64,000 nt of DNA from Chrysomallon squamiferum. Its lineage: Eukaryota; Animalia; Mollusca. How positions within the stretch are numbered: position 1 is the stretch's first letter; each line of letters opens with the position of its first letter. The translations under genes and the position numbers were made by a program. The notes beneath the pieces were generated by a model. It was not told the DNA's origin. It did not search any database and saw only the letters and a list, made by a program, of their open reading frames with translations. Location of the stretch: contig CM022671.1 of assembly GCA_012295275.1 (NCBI GenBank), positions 9,796,001-9,860,000 on the forward strand, written 5' to 3'. Below, piece by piece: positions 56,111 to 64,000 of the stretch.

Positions 56111-58651
56111 ACCTAAAAAAAAACCTAAAAAAAAAAACCAAGAAAAAACAAGAAAAACGCAGTCATCAATGACAGACTGTTTATCCTCTGACAACTGATA
56201 GACCATTAACATTTGTAATAAAAAAAATATTCCAGTTTTATGTTATTTTAATCTTTAGAAAAAGCTCTCTGTCTAAAATGGTACATCACGCTGGTCTCAA
56301 TGAATCATCCGGTTTTGACAGCATCCACTATATTTATTTTTATTGTTTATATTTTAGTTATTTATCACATATTAATAGATACTGTATATTGTTTATAGTA
56401 TGTAAACTGAATATGATATTCCTGGAACGTACCTACACATTTACATTTATTACTCATTATATAGCTATATACGACGTTTCGTTATCAGCGATTTTCTGTG
56501 GTGTGCAATGACGTACACCGAGAACCCCACAAACAGAAGAAAAAAAGAAACTATAGCTGAAGGGAGATTACTCTCATATAATTTTTTTTATTTCGGAGGG
56601 AGGCAGGATATCTACTTTGTTTTGCGGTATTTGTTATTTATGGGGGGGTTTTTCAGTTAAATGTAGATTCTAAGAATCACGAAGAGTTGACTTCTTTATA
56701 TATACAGGTAGTGGTAGAATATTACTTTCTTTAAATGTTTTTTTCTTTTTGCGGGTGTCTTTTCCTGGCGTGCTGAAATGTTAAATAAAAACACGAAAGT
56801 TAATATATTTGTGAAATTTGAACTGTACTGTAGTAACATTTCTTTTGATTATTAATTTTAATGTGTGTGCGTGTCTGTTTAAAACTGTATTAAAGAGTGA
56901 TTAAAGTGAATCAAGTGAAAAGTGACACAATGTAATGAAATAATGAGTCAAGACAAATACATTTATGTTGTTATGTATGAAATAACTAAATACATGAAGA
57001 TTAACAATGATAAACGATTTTGTTACAGCATGTTTCTATTGTGTTAACGTCTGTAAAGATAAAAAGGAGTAAAGGAGGTGGCTAGGGAAATGTTTTTCCA
57101 CCTCAGTGTGGTCAGACAGTCAATGCTGTCATAAAACAGACAGGAACAAATTAATTAAAAAAATTAACTTACAAATACTCCTTTTTTGAATTTCCTAGAA
57201 TCGCCAACGTTTAAAATTTTATATTGTTATTAAAATATATAAAAATTGACGAACCCCCCCCCAAAAAAACCCCAAAAACCCCCTAAAAACCAAAAAGCTA
57301 ATCTGACAGCGGTATACATCGTGCACAAATGAAGAAATGAACATATTAAAACTTTTCAAGTGTAGTAACACTGGGTAGAAAAGTTTAAAAATAAATAAAT
57401 AAAACCTTTATAATTTATAAACACTGGATGTAGATGAAAACAATAGGTCGTTGTAGCAAGACTGAATGTCAAATTATATTCTAATTTTTCATAATGTAAA
57501 TATTATTTCATTGTTTAAATCGAATTGTCATCATTTTATTATCTTTATACTTCTTTCATATCTACTATCATTTACTATTACTTTTTTCTACAACAAAATT
57601 TCCAAGGCAACTTAGAAATGTAATAAATTATCCGCATTATTTTGAATCAACCTTGGACAAAGAATGGGAAATAGTAAATGCAAAATGGGCTATAGATATA
57701 GAGATTTCAGCAGTTGTTATCTACACAAAAATATCCATACACACACACTCACTCACACACACACACTCGCTAATTATGAATATATTCTGTGATGTAGATA
57801 GTAATATATAACATTAAATTCCCTCGTAAACTACATAAATAGTGCATTCAGAATTAAACTGCGTCTTATAAAAAATTAAGTAGCAGTATTCTTAAATAAA
57901 AATATGTTATTTTTGCACAGTCCTAAGTTATTCGTATGAAAAGTGTTTGTGTTATAAAATAAAGAGGATATCTCAAGTATATGAAAGTACGATCATCAAT
58001 GTTAAAATAAAAAAGAAAAAGAAAACATTTTTATCGTTTATTCTCAAGTTATCAGAATAGTTTATAGTTGAGCCTGTTAGCCCCTATTAACATGAGCGCA
58101 GTGCATACTTCAGTTTTCATGAATAACTCTCAACGTAATTTATTCATTAATATTAATATCGAAGTCGATTTTGTATTTGTGATTATGCACTGCGTTCCAT
58201 AAACGAGATTCTCATGTAATTAATATGACGTGGATAACGGAATATCACATTAAACGTTTCGTAACAGTACGCTGTATATTTCGCAAAATACAGGTATTGT
58301 CCATGAGTAAATATCATCATTTTAATCTAAAGTGATCATTTTGTATTATTCATGATGCAATGTTTATCGTTGAAAACAAACGTATACATATTAAAATATC
58401 ACATATTTGTTCCTCTGCTGTTAGTAAATAAAATAGATAGGTCAAGTTAAGGGTAGAAACGTTCGGTAGATCGTGATAAAGTAAAGTGATCTATTCATAA
58501 TAAAAAAATTAAATTGTATTCGATGATTAATTTAATCGTATAAACGGTTGTTATTTTTGCATAAGGTGAGAATTGTTAGCAGTAGATGATGATATATATA
58601 GCTTGTTTAGTTTGTAGTCTTGATTATTGTTGTTACTGTTATTATTGTTAA

Positions 58652-58701
<50 letters not shown>

Positions 58702-58959
58702 TATATAATTAAACTGTGATTGACAACAAAATATCATATTAATAACGCGGGATTTCTGTAATATCACGTTTTCTTTTTATAATCTCTAATATTGTTTACA
58801 AAATATAACATTTCTCTCGCAGTTACTCTCTATATTTGTTAATATTAACAAGACACATGTAATTATCATCATAATACGTGGTGTAAGTAACAGAAACCTC
58901 ACATTAATTAGATCAAAATATGTTAAAGTTAAGCAATAGAAACATAAGATACAAATGTC

Positions 58960-58996
<37 letters not shown>

Positions 58997-59002
58997 AAAT
59001 AC

Positions 59003-59429
59003 CACACTAATATTTTTCAAAGCTGAAATCCATAGAATTGTGAAAACTCCTCTGAATCTTCAGCACTGACCTGCCTGGTACTGTAAGGGTGAGAGTAAGA
59101 TCTGACAAACTCTGTCTTTGACCAAGTCTTTAAAAGAAATACAAAATCTGACAGAGACTTAACAGATTCCATGAATGTTTCCACCTTTGCAGCAATTACT
59201 AATCAGTAATAGGCATCTATGTATAAGAGGCATTGGTTTTATGACATACTTCCCCAAATTACTTTTAATAATTCATGTAGAATTGATTGCGTTATAAAGC
59301 AGTACGTGTTTAAAAGTTTGTAAATACTGATCGGCGTTCGATGTTGCCATTTTGGGTTTCGATCAGAAGTTTCCGTGAGGTTTCCGTGACGGTTGTTCAT
59401 ATCATCAAACCGTGACTCCTGCACCTTTC
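59003..59429 (-). pseudogene. Isolated exon-like remnant, unidentified; its 5' end and upstream intron are duplicated at ~13455-13695 (+)
   Basis: tttag|gaaaggtgcaggagtcacggtttgatgatatgaacaacc matches ttaggaaaggcacaggagatcacggtttcataatatgaacaacc at 13651; stops in all frames. Confidence 0.45.
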
Positions 59430-60017
59430 CTAAAATAAATAAAATAAATAAATAAAATTAAATGAAAAAAAAACATTTTACAATGATTTAATAAATAATA
59501 ATAACACATTAAATAAACCAAAAATAAAGGAAACTGGTTATTTAAAAGATAATAAGCTGGTTCTGTCTGCTACAAAACATTATACAAAATTATAAAAAAT
59601 CATAATTACATAATTTTAAGTATATTTACACAATGATTACCCTGACCAAAGCTTGATTTTCTGCTGATTTAAATAATAAAAAAGTTATTTTTATAAAAGA
59701 TTCGGTTTTGTTTTTTGTTGTTTTGTCAGTTTTTTATTTTTTCTTATAAAAAATTCTAATTACATAATTTTAAATATATTTACAATATACTGATTACCCC
59801 CAGCAAACCCTTGATTTAAGTAAAACAATTTTTTTTTAAAATTATCAATTCTATATGTTATCACATTGATTTCGGCTTATGTTTGTTTTCTTCACAAAAA
59901 TGGCATTTCATAGCAATGATGAATATCTATTTCAGTGAAAAAAATTAGAATAACCATGCAGACATCAATGATAAAAACAGTGCAAGCTAAAAAAATAAAA
60001 CTTATTAAAATTAGCAT

Positions 60018-60070
<53 letters not shown>

Positions 60071-60353
60071 TTAAAAAAGAAAAAAAAAACAGAAAGAAAG
60101 AAACTAAAATGAATAATGGTACAAAAAAGTTTTATTGTATTTTTAATATGCCCGATGATCAATACATTTTGTATTGTTTATTTACTGTAATGCAAAACAT
60201 GATGAGTTTTTAGTAAAATATTACCAAGAACGGCAACTCACTTTTTAAAAAAATTTGTTTCTTTCTTTTTGTTATTTATTGATTGATTTATTTATTATTT
60301 ATTTATTTTTAGTTTTTTAAAAAGCTAAAAAATGTTTTTTAAAAATTAAAAAT

Positions 60354-60397
<44 letters not shown>

Positions 60398-60419
60398 GCG
60401 AAAGTTAGTATTCAAACTG

Positions 60420-62087
60420 GTGACCGTTTTTACTGCGCCTGCAATGAATTACTTTAATGATAATAATAGAGGAGTATCAGACAAGCGCATTTTTCTAAAA
60501 ATGGCAGAAGTTACTGGAAATTACTGGAAAAAATAGCATGTGTCAGCTCAGAACTGAATGAAATTAAATGGGTAAATACATAATTTTATTTATTTATTAT
60601 TTTTATTTATTATTATTATTTGATAAACAAGGTGATAAATGTGTTTTTCAACTATAGTAATAATTGAGAATTTATTGATTCATTTTCGATGTTGAACAAT
60701 CAAGTGACTCGAGGAATTAAAAAAAAAAAAAAAAAACAAACAAATAAAATAATAATAATAATAATAATAATATTTAAAAAACAGCGCGCGCGGCTCTCCT
60801 ACGCCATCAAAAATAATAAATAAATAAATAAATAATATCAAAAATAAACAAACATAATTGTTGTTTTTTTTTCTTTTTCTTTTGTTGTTTTTTTCCACTT
60901 CGGCTTAACTTTTTATAATAATCAGCTTTAAATGTAATTAGCAAAGCTGCTTAATTAAATCTCCATAGAGACCTGGCCATTGGCTTGGCCTATGAGTTGT
61001 TTGTCACCTTGTGACATTGTTCATTTTCAACGTGACAGTTTAACCAAAAAATATGACAAATTATTAATTTTTATTTAAAAAAAAAAAAACGTTGAAACAT
61101 ATGAAAACATTCATAACTGTAGGTAAGTACACTTTGCGATTAATTACAATTAATTAAATTTGGTACTTTGCTAATAATCATACTTTATTTATTTATTTTT
61201 TCTTCTGTTTTACATGACAGACAGCAGTTTTTAATTTGGAAATATTGTCTAAATTTCAAGAAATTGGCCATTTTGTATTTTGATATTTTATCTTCAGTTT
61301 TTCAGAAGTTTAGTTTAAACTCAGTAATTACTGAGTTTAGAAAAATTGACAGGTGAATGCTACTTATCCTAAAATATCAGTTCATCATCCTAAAGATTTT
61401 TATAGTGTAATTATAATCTAGTTTTGGACTTAATGGTGTGCAGTATAACTCTGGTTTAAACTTTACATGTATAGCTGAAAACATTTCAAACTGCATTTAT
61501 TTACTTCAAATGGACATTTTATAACCAATTGATTTTGTGTTTTTAGTCTTATTGCAGAAATAAACAACTTCAGAGCTGCAGAATGAAGAAATGGTTGATG
61601 AAAGCTTCTGGATATGCAGATTTAATACTGCACAGGCTCTGTCATGAGTCAGTCATGTAATAACATGTGATTTCTATTTTGTATTACATTAATATCCAAC
61701 ATATTTTTTTCAAGCTGAACAATATTATAAAATATAATAAAATAAAATGAATAATTACTGGGTAATTGAATGAAGTCAGTAATATTTAATAAACGATTTG
61801 TACCATGCAGTTAATATTTTTATAATATATTTTAACGATGGAGAAAATGCTTTTAATTTATTTATATTTTAATTTTAGAATTGTTGCAATTTGCTAATAA
61901 CTGTTATACATACAATAAGAATATTTTTCTTTTGCTAGTTATTTTATGGATTGAAGACAATAATTTGAAAGCCATCAACAAAAAAGAATGCATGCAAGCA
62001 GAGAATACAAGAAATTAAAAATGGAAGAAAAAGGACATTATCAAAACTTGTGACCTGAGATTCATTGATTCATTTCTGTATGGCTCT
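60420..62087 (+). pseudogene. Possible 5' end of a decayed gene (promoter-like motifs plus three exon-like blocks)
   Basis: TGCGCCTGCA and AAAATGGCAG at 60434-60510, donor at ~60571; exon-like 61548-~61645 and 61939-62087 (ct|gtaagt); KLLEKIACVSSELNEIK frame is not contiguous with the ATG; stops present. Confidence 0.4.
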
Positions 62088-64000
62088 GTAAGTGAACAAA
62101 TATATTTTTTGTTAGAACAGTAATTTTATAATATTAGTATTGTTACATTAGTTATGATGTAGCAGCTTTACTTCTTGTTTACCATTCTTTTGAGTCTTCA
62201 GAATCCCACTTGAATTTCCTTAGATGAATATGTGGAGTCATGTCTTTAATTCTATTCATGGTTTTTAATCTCTGGAAATCCAAAAAATATTTTTCCTATT
62301 TTGTCCTTTTTATTATTTTATTTTATTTTATTTTTTGACATGATGCATTCAGTTTATCATACATAAAGTTACATTTTTTTCATAAATCCACCAGTCACAA
62401 GAATAGTTTTTTCAAGTGGGTTTTCATTTTGCTTAATTCTACTACAATATAATAATAATAATTATTGATCTAATGGAAAACTGTCAGTTAATGTACAGCT
62501 GACAAGTTACTAAAAGTTAAGTTGTAAATCTGTGCAAGTTCTCTTTTAAACAGTGTTTTTTTAGTTGATATTAATCAAAGGTCATGGATTTTGCTGTTCT
62601 GATTACAGTAAAATGTCCTAGCAGATCAGTTACAGCTATTAATAATCAAACAAGCAAACACATCCACATACATTTGAATACTAAAAAAAGTCTTTAAAGA
62701 GAAAAATCCTTTTATTAAAACAATTTTAAAAATTAAGAATATTAAATGTAGTTTTTGACATAAACTGCTTTGATCTTAATTTAATTACCATAGTTATTAT
62801 AAATGTTGTTTTAATCACAAATCTTTTAACATTTTATTTATTTTTAGTTATACTTTTAAAACTATGATTATGTTTTGAATTATATTGTTAAATTAAAATA
62901 AAAAATATTAATAAAAAATGCTTAAAATATGTGTCTTTCCATATGGAAGACATTAGTACAGAAATAACTTTTCAATTATAACATTTAATTCTTTTTTAAA
63001 TTATTAACTTTGAATGATTAAAAAATAAAGACACTTTATTTTAAATTTATTTTCAAAAACATGAATGGATATTATTTATTTTTATTTTTATTTTTTAAAA
63101 TTAAAAAAAAAAATGTTCTCTTTTATTTTTAACTTTTTATCACCTGAATGTTTGTGTAAGCTCACACTGTTTTTTCACCTGGAACTGTCAGTCTGAAAGC
63201 CATTGTGTCAGAATACAGACTGATCTAAGGGTTCCTTACCCTGGATGATAGCCAATGGCTAATCAAGTATTTGACATTTAGCTTAGACACCTCTATTACA
63301 TTTAATATTCTTGAGGGTCTTGCATCGGAATGATATTTTAAATGTTATTTTTATTTATTTTATTTATTTTTCTCTAAACATTATTTTATTTATTAATTTA
63401 ATTTTTCATCAGATATTTACTTGTCTATTTTAATTCTGTGTCCTGGGATTCCAGTAAATGGCCCCTATTGATTTCCCAGAACATAGTTTGAAATAGCTTA
63501 AATAATCATAAAGATTATAATATCCCATTGATTAAAGTAAAGAAATATCTGATATGAGAGATACTTTATGGTTTCATAATTTCTAGCACCAAACATCAGG
63601 AATAACCAGTTTAATCACTGCAAAACATTGGTCTTAGTGAAACATAGGAATAACCAATACAGTGGTGTATCCAGAAATAAAATAAGGGTTGGTGGTGGCT
63701 GGATTGGCCAAAGATGCACATATTTTGCCAAGTTGTGATTTAAAGTAAAAATTGAACATTTTTCTCTTTCTAATGAATGCTGATAATGTTAGATCAGTTA
63801 GATTGTCACAAACACTTTGGGTGATGTGTATGCACCAATAATAGGTAGCAAAGTCAGTATGTTAACATGATTTATGTGGCAAAAGTAATAAAAGAAGAAT
63901 AAAAGAGAACAGGAGCTGCAGGTGATTCATTAATTAGTCAAGCAGTAAGGACTGAGCATGTGGTGTGGTGCAAAGCCACAAAACTGGTTTCGATGCATGT

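Noticed and set aside
548-60898. Most ORFs in the track (poly-CV, HT, N, I, L, S, T and similar)
   Set aside because: They are translations of microsatellites and minisatellites with no coding signal.
63659-63720. hAT/MITE-like ends (cagtggtgtatccagaaat; also 12780-12797 and 57190-57210)
   Set aside because: Single short ends with no matching TIR or TSD found in the window.

Overview
Very AT-rich, microsatellite-dense, intron-containing animal DNA; it looks invertebrate, possibly molluscan or cephalopod, but that is inferred from composition only. I found no intact protein-coding gene, RNA gene or CRISPR array, and almost all ORFs in the supplied track are translations of simple repeats. The window is a mosaic of decayed segmental duplications. 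(1) Two oppositely oriented broken copies (about 0.1-11 kb, + strand; about 39.6-51.9 kb, - strand) of a multi-exon gene encoding ribonuclease-inhibitor-like LRRs followed by an apparent C-terminal RRM, which can only be rebuilt by combining exons from both copies. (2) Scattered exons of an LRMP/IRAG/KASH5-family gene: an EF-hand-like exon at 24.1 kb (+), MRVI1 coiled-coil exons at 32.4-35.6 kb (-) and rearranged pieces at 49.3-50.3 kb. (3) An intron-containing, dead Sola-like DDD transposase at 25.3-28.2 kb. (4) An internally deleted RING-NHL (TRIM-like) pseudogene. (5) An intronless, 5'-truncated prolyl 4-hydroxylase alpha pseudogene. Comparing paralogs also shows a minisatellite present as one unit in one copy and about 30-35 in the other, and a 1.08-kb dimeric insertion flanked by a 27-bp direct repeat. 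All homology calls come from manual translation and motif recall, not database searches; coordinates are approximate to a few bases unless splice sites are quoted.
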